Part shown: positions 12,410 to 23,280 of the stretch, one piece after another
Numbering within the stretch: the first letter of the stretch is position 1
How the letters are laid out: each line of letters opens with the position of its first letter
Assembly: GCA_010909165.1 (NCBI GenBank)
Contig: MU008170.1
Location: forward strand, 992,001-1,056,000
Reading direction: 5' to 3'
Origin: Anthoceros angustus
Lineage: Eukaryota; Plantae; Anthocerotophyta
Length of the DNA stretch: 64,000 nt
Notes under the pieces: model-generated
Databases searched by the model: none
The model's input: the letters and a program-made list of their open reading frames with translations, nothing else
What the model was told of the DNA's origin: nothing
Made by a program: the position numbers and the translations under genes

Positions 12410-12990
12410 GACTGCCTGCACTTGTAAGAGGCCAAGCCGCCTTCCATCGTGCGTGGCGAGGGCCTTCCATTGTGCGTGGCGAGGGCCTTCTCATAGCAAG
12501 GGTCAGCACCATCCGCGCGATGCTAGATAGCTACAAGTCCGTTGCAGTAGGTCGGTGCTCTTTGCAAAGCGTTTTCAGAGTATTGTCGAAGTTGCATGCA
12601 ATTGCTCATGATTAGAATTGGCTGCTGCGAGTGCGTTGCAAATGTTGCTGCGAGTGCGTTGATAAGAGAGCGTTGCAAATTTCCCAAACCGATTTGCAAC
12701 GCCTCGTGTTGTAAAGCGCTTTGGATTGACCGCCTAACAAGCACCGACTGTAAGAGGCCTTTCTCTTGTCCCAGCTACTAACCATCCACTACATAGCTAG
12801 AAGGGCCTTCCATCGTGCGTGGCGAGGGCCTTCTAGTAGCAAGGGTCAATAAAAAACGGTGCACACCTAAATCGACCATCCGCGCGATGCTAGATAGCTA
12901 CAAGTCCGTTGCAGCAGTCTATGCTCTTTGTAAAGCGTTTTGAGTATCGCGTTATCGGTTGCATGGAATTGCTCTAGATTAGAATTGGCT
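12410..12990. repeat. Local direct duplications upstream of TnpD (GGCCTTCCATCGTGCGTGGCGAGGGCCTTC; CATCCGCGCGATGCTAGATAGCTACAAGTCCGTTGCAG)
   Basis: Segments near 12440-12620 recur near 12800-12990. Confidence 0.7.
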
Positions 12991-13143
12991 CGATTTATGC
13001 GGATTTACGCCGACACGGAGGTTGGAGCGAGGGCCGGAGCACTTCATCGAAGGTAGCCTGCACTTTCCAACGTGCTCAGTGAAGACAGGGCAAGTGTTGT
13101 CGAGCTTAAGCTAACCCACGATCATTGTTGAGGGTAGGTCCTT

Positions 13144-13447
13144 ATGGATCGCGTTCGTAGATTTAAGCGCCCAAATATCCAATATATTTTCCAAAAATGT
13201 TGGTGCAAAGAGTGCAAGGGGCGAGTTCAGCGAGCTAACCAAGTACGTAAACATTTGCGCAAGAATGGACCTTACCTCCCACAGAATGAAGTCCCCGGTG
13301 GAGAACCGCAAGGAGATGAAGAACGAGGAGGAGAAGGAGGACGAGGAGGAGAAGAACAACGAGGAGGAGAAGGAGGACGAGGAGAAGGAGGAGGAGAGAA
13401 GGAGGAGAAGAAATAGCGAACAAGGAGAACCACCCGTAGCCACAACT
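13144..13447 (+). CDS. tnpD: TnpD exon 1: transposase-associated domain plus Gly/Glu linker (one frameshift)
   Basis: CWCKECKGRVQRANQVRKHLRKNG resembles the CACTA transposase-associated CxCxxC...VxxHL motif; followed by a GTGAGT donor at 13448. Confidence 0.65.
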
Positions 13448-13667
13448 GTGAGTTGCAGTCCTTTTCTTCTATGCTAGGAAATAAACTAATGAAGTAATTA
13501 TGGAGCCCTTTTCTTCTATGCTAGAAAATACAATAATAAAGCAATTATATAATATTATCTATAGAATAATTCTGATGTGGCATACTAATTGTGGTAAGTA
13601 TGTTTCTCTTGTTATATTAAAGGTAGTTTAATTATTCATATGTGTAATTATGGTTGTTTTTTTATAG

Positions 13668-14490
13668 TTGGAAGGAGTTTCGAGCTGTTTGCATGTTATA
13701 ACAAGTACAGAACGTAGGAGTGGACACATGGTTTTACGGTGTAGGAAAACGTTTGAATGGAAAGGGCGGACATGGACCCTTTATTGCACCTCCTTATCAT
13801 CCAAAAGAGGGGAAGATCCAAAGTCTCATGATGCTATTGTTTTATACAAGCATCTTTTGAAAGGCGTGTACCCTAGAGAATGGGAATGTGGGAGAAGGGA
13901 CCTATTCCTATTAACAAGTCATTTCTATATTGGGGCGAAGGTGGATAGTGAAGGAGGCAACAAACCCGGCCATGGGGTTGGGTTTATTTTCCATGGAGAA
14001 AATCGTAGTGAGAAAAGATAATGTGAATGGAGTTCCTTTGTTTGTGTTTGGGGTCCAAAGTATACAGGAGAATATAACAAGATAGTGAACTACAACAGTT
14101 ACCGATTTCAAGTATGCATTGACTTTCAATAGACTCGCGTAAAGATGTTAATGATGGCCCAATTGAGTACCTCGATGGGCATGTTGCATATGGGAATGTG
14201 GCGGGATATATGAATAGTAGTAGTGGAAATATCGCAATCAAGCAAAATTGCATTTGGGAAGAAAGGTCGGATGGGCATGAGCTACTAAGTGACGACCATC
14301 TTGATTGGATTTGCACTTGGGCGGTGAGGACCATTAATGCTGGGAAGAGTTGTTTGTTGATTACAATTGGTATAACCCGAACCATTTGAAGCCAAAAGGA
14401 AGGCCGTGCGGAAGAGTACATAGACACATTAAATTACGCATGATGGAGTGGAAGAAATTGAAGGCAAAGTTGATGCACGAGGATGTGGAA
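13668..14490 (+). pseudogene. Exon encoding a SET-like domain within the CACTA transposase gene (about 4 frameshifts)
   Basis: AT-rich intron 13448-13667 ends in TTTTTATAG; joined frames give GHGLGLFSME...YLDGHVAYGNVAGYMNSS...NCIWEE...WAVRTINAGEELFVDYNW, i.e. the SET GxGLF, GNxAxxxN(H/S)S and GEELxxDY motifs. Confidence 0.8.
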
Positions 14491-14754
14491 TAGTTTTTGT
14501 TGTAGGATGTAGAAGAGTTGATGTTGAGGGTCTTGTACCTTGTGTATATTGACTATATCTCGCAACAAAACAATTAGTATATCTCGACTTGACTTCTTAA
14601 CCTTTTAGTTTTGCATGTTGTTCAATATTTTCCTTAATAATAGTGGTTATACTAAAGTTATTAAATTATAATATAATTTTTCTATATAGTACTACAATAT
14701 TTTATATACTTATTTGATATTTATTTTGTGCGTGTGATTGAATAATCGATTGAA

Positions 14755-17700
14755 GAGGAACAAGATTTTATTGAGGTTGATGATCATTTTGAGGTTGATG
14801 AAGAACATGTCAACATTCATCCCGACGAACAAGTGACCATAGAGTTGGTGGAGGCACTTGGTGGGGTTTCGCATCGCAAATGACTAAAGAACAGTCGATT
14901 CCTTGCACGAGGAATTAAAGGCGATGCACACCGCAGAACTACGCCTCTATGGGTTGGAGCCGAGATAAGTTTATTGGCATTCATTTTATTGTTATTGAAC
15001 ATCCAAAGGAGGCATGGCTGGTCGGATGCATCTTTGAATTCAATTTTATCATTACTAGGCAAATTAGGCCTCCCGATTGGCAACAAGTTGCCAAAAGTAG
15101 GGCTGAAATTAGAAAGATGCTTAAGGGGTTTGGCCTAACATATACATCCATACATGCTTGTCAAGATGATTGTATGTTGTTCACAGGCGAGTTTTCTGAA
15201 TTGCTATTCTGCAAGATGTGTGGGAAACATAGGTATCGAACTGACACGAAGAACGAGCGTGTACCCGTTAAGCTACTTCGATATTTTCCATTGATTCCTA
15301 GATTGAAACAAATGTTTAGATGTCCGGAGCTAGCAAGTATGATGTCATGGCACGCCACAAATAAGTCTAATGATGGGATTATGCGGGTCCCATCAGATAG
15401 CTATGCATGGGAACATGTGGACAACACTTATCCAGAGTTTGCTAAGGAGACGCGCAACATTCGATTAGGACTTGCTACGGATGGGATTAATCCCTTTGGG
15501 CACCAAAGTTCTAGGTATTCTATATGGCCTGTGCTTCTTGTCAATTATAACCTGCCTCCTTGGTTATCTATCAAGAATGGGCATATATTGTTGTCAATGA
15601 TTATTCCCGGTCCGAAGCAAGTCAAGATGCGATATATATTTTCAACCACTCATCGAAGAGTTGAAGGTACTGTGGGAGGAAGGTGTGGTCGTACAAGATG
15701 CTTCTATGGCTATTGGAAATGCTCAAAGACAATTTAAATTGAAGGCCTTATTGTTGTGGACGATGCATGATTATCCAGGATATTCTTTCACTTCTAAAAT
15801 GCAAACAAAAGGGAAGCGGGCATGTCCAATATGTTGGGACAAATTAGAAGCAAGAAAGTCAATGTTCACAAACAAAATGACGTATGATAAGAATTTTAGA
15901 AAAAAATTTACCAGAGGAACACAAGTTTAGAGTGGAAGAGCGGGATTCATTCAATGGAAAGGTGAGATGGAAATTATTCATCCGGACTATGCACCAACTC
16001 CGGAGGATATTATGATCGAAAGCTTTAACCGGAAATATGCAAAAGACAATGGTGAAGACAGGGTGTTACTAGCGACGAGCCTTCAATTTTCGGGAGCTTC
16101 CATCTTGGGAGGTATGTATGCATGCATATGGGGTCTTGCAAGTATTACCCTTTTCAAGAATATTTTAATTATATTATTGGTAGCATCGGTAGGTAGACTA
16201 ATAGCTATTCATGAAGGTTAACTTTTAGTCATGCTATTTGGTGGTTGCGATATTGTTGATCGACACTTATTTGATATCATGCACATTGGAAAGAATGTAA
16301 GTCAATGATTTTGGCACACATATGTGGGAATCAAGATTCCCTTGGTAGTCGAGAGATCTTGAGTATTCAAATACCAAACAAGATTGGTGGCCCCATGCGA
16401 GGCCATCGCTGTTGGAAGGAGACAAAGAGGCCAAAACATTGTAAATGGGGTGCAAGGTAACTGGCGAACCAGGGACGGACATTTATAACGACACCAAGAC
16501 TCGGTTCTTGGACATGGCAAAAGAGGCGAATGTATGCTAATGCAGAGGAAAAATTGAGAACAAGGATTTGCAGCATACGTACTCCTGGTATGGGTCAAAT
16601 TTGAGCGTTGTTTTTCTAAAGGGAGAGAAGAGGAATTTGTGGTTAAAGTCTCATGATCATCACCATCATTACGGATTTGTGGCCAATTGTCTTGAAAGGA
16701 TTAATACATCATGATGTTCACAAGGCTATATGTGATCTTGCCGAGCTATTCGGTGGCTTTGTTCAAAAGAAATTGCGAAGGATGAAATTCCAGCTATGAA
16801 GGTGAAAAGTGTGGAGATCATGTGTGTGTTGGAGGGAATTTCCAACGACTTTTCCGACAAGTCAAGTACATGTTGTTGTTCATCTTGTGCGGGAGGTTGA
16901 ATTATGTGGACCAACTCGATATCGATGGATGTATTTCTTAGAAAGGCACATGAAAGTGTTAAAGGGACTTGTTCGACGAAAGCCCGACCGAAGGTAGCAT
17001 GGCTTTAGGATACTTAGCACAAGAGATAATGTTTTATAGCTCGAGTTCTTTGGAAATACACATGAAGAGGCACCAAGAGTGTGGAAATCGAAGATGATGT
17101 CACCCAATGTGGGTGTTATTGCAAGGAATGGCAAAATTATGACCGAATGATGTGGAAATGCAAGATGAGGAAAGTGTTAGTGGAAAACTCAGCTGTACTC
17201 AAAAATGGCGAAAAGTGTATGACGGTATAGACGACGAGCAACGTCCTTTTGCGTAATGGTTGATAGATGAAGTTAAAGTAGCGAAGAAAGGGAAATGCGG
17301 TACAAACCTATGGGTTGGATGTGGCGCAATTGTGCGAGGACCTCCTCGGTGCGATCATATAAAATGATGTGGGCATATGGAAATCATATAAGGACTATAG
17401 ATGCGAGATAGGGAAAGAATACATGTGATAGCATTATAAAACATCTATATAGCCAAGCATGTGTTTCACATCGCGGGGACACCGAACCTATTATAGCAGA
17501 TTTTCCCTATCTTTGGAAAGGTGGAAAAGATTTTGGAGGTGGACTTAGGGCCGTCTAAAAAGTAAATGTGTTGAAGGTGAGATGGTTCAAGGCTCAATGG
17601 AACAAAGAGCACACACCATCAAAACAGATACATCTCGTATGTTCATGGTTAACGATGTCATGTTATCCAATGATAAGTTGGAGGATGAGCCATTTGTACT

Positions 17701-17900
17701 AGTATCGGAGAAAGTGGAGCAAGTCTTTTGTATGAGAATTCTAAAATGCATGGAAAAATTGTGGTGGGTACAAGCGCACGTGGAAGACGATAGTACAAGG
17801 TGAGGCTCAAGACGAGGATAACATGAGTCAAGATGATGAGGATGGATATCATAGGTGAGGATGATGAAGACAATGATAGCGTGAGCGATAATGACCAATG
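14755..17900 (+). pseudogene. tnpD: CACTA TnpD transposase (Transposase_21 + DUF4218 + DUF4216 regions), frameshifted
   Basis: HACQDDCMLF, LRYFPLIPRLKQMF, RNIRLGLATDGINPFG, YSIWPVLLVNYNLPPW, LLWTMHDYPGY, HVVVHLVREVELCGPTRYRWMYFLERHMKVLKGLVR, DEPFVLVSEKVEQVF. Confidence 0.92.
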
Positions 17901-18340
17901 AGTTACATAGTAGAGTTGGAGTAATAGACTTGTTATGTGGAAGGAGAAGGCGGGGAAGGGAGATGATAGAGGGATAAGGAGTGGGGAGACGATAGAGGGA
18001 TAAGGAGTGGAGAGGGTGGGAGGATAGATAGGTAATTGATAGGTTGAAAAATATTTTAAAGCTTTTCTTATAAGTATAAAAAGTATCCCAAGTCTTAAAT
18101 ATTTCACTTATTTAATTATAATTATGGTGAGTACAAGCGCACGTGGAAGACGATAGTACAAGGTGAGGATGATGAGGATGCGGATATCATAGGTGAGGAT
18201 GATGAAGATGACGATAGTATGAGCGGATGATGACCAATGAGTTACATAGTAGAGTTGGAGTAATAGACATGTTATGCGGGGCAAGGAAGGGTACAATGCG
18301 AAAGAGGTAAAGAGGGAGAGCGATGGGAGGATAGATAGAT
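17763..18340. repeat. Direct duplication of the TnpD 3' end (~360-bp period)
   Basis: GTACAAGCGCACGTGGAAGACGATAGTACAAGGTGAGG...ATGACCAATGAGTTACATAGTAGAG near 17768 and 18131. Confidence 0.85.
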
Positions 18341-19599
18341 AGTTGATATAGGTTGGTGTTCAAAAATATTTTTAGTTTTTCTTAAAACATGCTAGGTCAC
18401 CGTTGGGGTTCCGTTGGGAGCACCATGGATGTGGGCATATGGAAATCATCAATGTTGCAAAGCGTGATACCATGGTCCATTTCATCGAATGCATCCAAAA
18501 ATATTTTAAAGCTTTCATCGAATGCATCCAAGGCAACGGACTTGAACTCGGATGCATATTAATGCGACATGGGTACGACATCCGAGATAGTTAGTGCGTA
18601 GGCTCTTGCCACCGCGCGTCCTTCTTCAAATTGCACATCCACATCGTTGGACTTCCGTTGGGGTTCCGTTGGGGTTCCGTTGGGGTTGGGGTTCTACTCG
18701 ATGCGGATATCATAGGTGAGGATGATGACCGATTGTTGCGATGGCGTAGTTCTGCGCCAATTTCGATGATCGACCTCTTCCGGCTTCTTGGTAGCGGTGA
18801 TGGCCGCACTAGAATTGGGCCACAAATCAATCTCTTTTCTTTGAGTGTGGTATCGATCTTGGCCGTTTGCCTCGGCGAGTCCCGGAAAGAGTAAAGAAGA
18901 CAAAGACGTTGATGATTTCTGCGGCGGATACCCGCCTTTGTTCCGATGGCACTCAAGCGGGAGCCGTTTTGTATCGGGTTCCACCTTTCACGGCTTCTTG
19001 TGGCGGGCGGCGGTGTACTCGGGCCGCCTTTGGCTTGTCCTGGAAAACCGCAGAGCCTTCGACCATTGTTGAGGACACATAGTAAACAAGGTGAGGACAT
19101 AGCCCGCTTGCTTCACAAGATGGTTGTGATACAAGTCTCCCGTTGCCGCCATGCGAACAAGTGGCGCCATCTGGCGGCTTGGGGTTCCCGCCCGATGTAG
19201 GGAAGTTGTCCCTACTCAAATTGGCGCTAAGTACCTCGAGAGGAGTCGGTGCGAATCCTCCTTCCGAGTTTTGGAGAATAAGTCGACAAATTTTGGACAC
19301 TCGGAGAGCAGAGAACGACGCCCACGCCACCGGATCATCTTATGGAGGAGGAATGGGAGCACCATGGATGTGGTCTTGGCGAGTGGGGATAATCGCTTTC
19401 TTGATTCAAGAATCTCGGTTCTCTCTCGGTTCATCCATCATATGCTATGATGGACATTGAACGACGACCCCTACGTTACATGGATCGTCTTAATTGGCAA
19501 GTGGGGATGACTGTCTTGATTTCAAAGAACCTCGGTTTAGTCTTCACTATGATGGACAACTAGTGGTGATTCCTAACCTTTCTTGTAGTCTTGCTTGCT

Positions 19600-19900
19600 T
19601 TGTCGGGGATATGGTGACATGGAATGCCCTTATGGGTACAAGCAAGGGCTCGGCTGCTGGAGAATGTAGTGGTGGGCACCTACCGTGGACATGTATGCAA
19701 AATTTTGGTGAATCGGAAAATGCCGCCAAGTTTTTGGCTTGAGCGACCCATGAAAGAGGATGCAAAATATGGTGAGCTGGAAGATGCAAAAGGGGCAATG
19801 CTGCACTCACAAATTGTGGAAGGAACGCGATTGCACTCATAGATGGTGGTGCATGTCTCTTGCCTAAGGGTGTTGCCCGATTTTGCAAATGGAATCGAAT
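19600..19900 (+). pseudogene. Scrambled PLS-type PPR gene fragments
   Basis: DMVTWNALMG, LENVVVGT..DMYAKFGESENA, LHSQIVEG in different frames. Confidence 0.6.
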
Positions 19901-20639
19901 GTCATGCGCAGAAGAGATCCTTCAATGGCTTGCCGAATCAGCAAAATTCGAGCATTAAGAAGGCGGTGCAACATGCTCCACACACCATCATTCACCATGC
20001 ATGTCAACAACCTCCTCCTTCCAAGCTTGGGCAATAATGTCTAACAAAGACCGCCTCTAAACGCGCAGGCCGTAATCACGGCACTGGAAGAGAACTCAAG
20101 CTTGAAGTCTTCCATGCGTCTTCCACATCTCTCCATCGTTGAAAATGCCATTCCCCAACCGCTCTTCCGATGCGGAAGGATTCCTTGCCCGCATGAACTT
20201 GATGGTGCGTTCACATTTTGAAGCGAGACAAACACATGTGTGTCACAAGCATCCAAGATGCTCGAATCGCATCCCATTAGGTAGTACACCGTTAGGATTC
20301 ACGATCCATTACCTTAGGGAAGTTCTCGGTTGCCTCTTAGAATGTGCCAATTTTACCCCTGATCTACCTAACATGCATATATAGCCCTACATGCAATATC
20401 TAGAAAACGGAATTCCCATGGTTCAAGGAAGTTGCCTTCCTCGGCCCTCGAAATAGGTTTCATCTACATGCTACTTTTCCCAAGGACCAAGGAACATCCT
20501 TCCGAAACCCAAGACCAAGGACTAGGTTTCATCTACATACCATTTTCCCAAGGACCAAGGAACATCCTTCCGAAACCCAAGACCAAGGACTAGGTTTCTA
20601 TCTACATGCTACTTTTCCCAAGGACCAAGGAACATCATT

Positions 20640-21020
20640 CAACTTGTTTATTGCCAAGTCTGGTGGACATGTACGCAAACCGTGGTGAATCGGAAGAGGC
20701 AAACACGGTTTTCGATAGGTTAAGTGAAAGGATGTCGTGACATGGACGGCCCGATAGTTGGGTATGCAAATCATGGGCTTGGCCAAGAGGCGCTTGTTCA
20801 GATGGACAAATGGAGAAGGAGGGCGATTGTGGGCAACCATGTTACCTTTGCTTGCCTCAAGGTGGTGCATGTCTCTTGCACAAGGTGGTGCACTCACAAA
20901 TTGTGGAGAGAGGCTAGATAACACACTTGTGGGCACTTGCCCGGTGGACATGTAGGCAAAGTGTGGCGAAGTAGAAGATGCGCATCAAGTTTTCAATGCT
21001 TGAGCATTCTCGCCTTGCAA
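20640..21020 (+). pseudogene. PLS PPR fragment, unit B copy 1 (5' part deleted)
   Basis: VDMYANRGESEEANTVFDRL..DVVTW...VGYANHGLGQEAL..QM. Confidence 0.8.
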
Positions 21021-22368
21021 ACGTGCGATCTTGCAACTTTGTTGTCCACTCGCATTTTCTCATGGCTTCAACATCGAGCATAATGCCACACTACATCTCT
21101 TTCACATTTCACATGGATGCAACATGCTCCACACACCATCATTCAACTTGTTTGACTAAATGACACATGAAGAGCAAACCAAAAGAGCGAGGAGAAGAGG
21201 CTGATGGAAGCGAGATCGGTAGAATACCCAAGTCGCTTTAATGGCTCCAGTACTTTAGTGTATTCATGGATGCTAGTTCATATGGCTTCTCGCATCAAGT
21301 TTTCAATGCTTGAGCATTCTCGCCTTGTCATACATTTTACAATGTGAATTTGGTGAAGTTGTTTGACTAAATGACACATGAAGAGGCGCATGTCTCTTGC
21401 CTCAAGGTGGTGCATGTCTCTTGCTTGAAGGTGGTGCATCTCTTGCCCGAGGGTGTTGTGGAGTCGGGTGAAAGCTGCAGATGCATTGCGTCCGCTTCCT
21501 AACTCTTGCTATGATTTATGTGAGAGCAAGCAAGTGTGCCGCCTTGGGGAACCGTGGCTTGTGTCTTGAGGATTGAGGAGGTGGCTCGTGAATTTGTCAA
21601 TGGCACTACGCACAATGTGAATTTGTCAATGGCACCGAAGCCCGATCGAGGCGATACAACGTGCAAGATCGCTTTGCAATGGACTTTGTATATGAGACTA
21701 CGTTGTGAATTTGGTGTAAAACGCGAGGCTGATCCGGCCTTGTCATACATTTTACAACATACAAGTGCGCTTTACAGCGGGCTGTGTTGTAAATTAGACT
21801 ATGTTGTAAAAGTTGTGGGAGGCCTATCTTGGCCTCTCTTAAACGCTTTACAATGTACAGTGAGGTTTGCAATGGATCGTGTTGTAAATTAGATTAGGTT
21901 ATGCGTATGTTGTAAAACATGAGAGAGGCGATCTGGCCGTCTCAAACATTTTACAACATACAAGTGCGCTTTGCAATGGACCGTGTTGTAAAACACGGTC
22001 CGTTGCAAAGCCCAATTGAATGCTTTGTCTTCGAAGCTGGGAGGAGGTGACCGATCGGAGAGAAGCTGGGAGGAGGTGACTGATCGGACAGAGGTGTGTT
22101 TGGGTATACCTCTTCACTCCCACTTGTTGATCATTTTGGAAAGTGATGCTCCAACAACCGGATCATCTCCAGTCCTTGTAGGATGGAGTCGGGTGAAAGC
22201 TGCAGATGCATTGCGTTCAGCTGCGTTACGCCCCCCAGCTCCTCGCTTCGGTATATATTCGAGCGTGCCAGTGAGAAACCAGTCCTCACCAGGTGCGTTA
22301 TATTCCTCTTCTTCATCTTCACGCTCTGTGCAATTGGAGAAGGGGTTGTGGAGCGTAACCTGATCGAG

Positions 22369-23130
22369 ATGTCGTCCTCCTCTAAGGATGCGAACCCCCG
22401 CCAGCCAGCAAGAGACTCCCTAGGCCGCTTTGCAGCAAGCAAGGCGGCTAGGACAACTGCCTCCTCTGCTGCTCGCAAGGGACCCGCTGACACTGCTGCT
22501 GCGGGAAGCTCAGAGCCGACCAAGAAACGGGAGCGCCCTCCTGGCACAACGCGGCAGGTGCTGAGGACTAGGCGCGAGGCCATAATCGGGGAGGACATGG
22601 GAGGTCCTCCATTGCGACGCTTAGCTTCCACAATTTCTCCCACGCGTGCCCCTCGCCCTGCGCAAGAGGGAGCTCGGGGCCTCACACATGGGCTGAGGCT
22701 ATGTCTGACGGAGGAGGTGAGGCCCTCACGGCCTCAGAATTTCCCTCGAGGTAACCCTGATAAGGATGTGAAGATTGTGAGCCTAGGCACTGTGCAGCAG
22801 CCAGGCTCTCCTATCTGGTATCGATGCAAGCATACTGGTCTGGTCATGAAACGGATCAGAGTGCGTAGTTACAGCCTGCTGTTCCCTGGTCATGTTGTAA
22901 GCCGCTACAGTAAGTGACCTGGGTTTTGCTTCATCTCTGCTCCTACTCCCACTCGCTCTAAAGCTATCTAATTGCTTTGTGTCTTGACTGCAGGATCTGT
23001 CTTGAGGATTGAGGAGGATCTTGTTCCTCCCGAAGATGACATGTGCGTGAGGACTCGATGCTACGAAGGCCTCCAGATCCCTCCGACTCGAGAATCCAAA
23101 GGAAGAGTCCTCCAGACGCGAATGGATTAG
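22369..23130 (+). CDS. Unknown Ala/Arg/Ser-rich ORF (~225 aa if intron 22910-22993 is spliced), unit B
   Basis: Open from ATG 22369; GTAAGT at 22910 and CTGCAG at 22993 keep the frame open to TAG 23128-23130; other copies frameshifted and the donor position is ambiguous; no homology recognised. Confidence 0.35.
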
Positions 23131-23149
23131 GTAGCAGGGCATGTAGGCT

Positions 23150-23280
23150 AGTTGGGGTTAGATAGGAAAGTTCCGGACTCTCCTAACCCCGGACCTCGAA
23201 CATGCTTCTCGTGCAGCTCTTTTGAAAGAGCTTTCGTTAATATATCTGCGGGGTTTTCTTGTGTAGGCACATACTCCGGT
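23150..23280 (-). pseudogene. Ty1/Copia pol C-terminal tail fragment (also ~27595-27720, ~29390-29520, ~33890-34020)
   Basis: EYVPTQENPADILTKALSKELHEKH, canonical Copia RNase H end. Confidence 0.85.

Noticed and set aside
13265-13477. Independent Glu-rich protein
   Set aside because: Alternative frame of the purine-rich linker in TnpD exon 1; only its last codons are used after a frameshift
20041-20289. Peroxidase-like (GCDSSILD) or PP2C-like (CGRRMED) motifs on minus strand
   Set aside because: Short isolated matches without supporting neighbouring motifs
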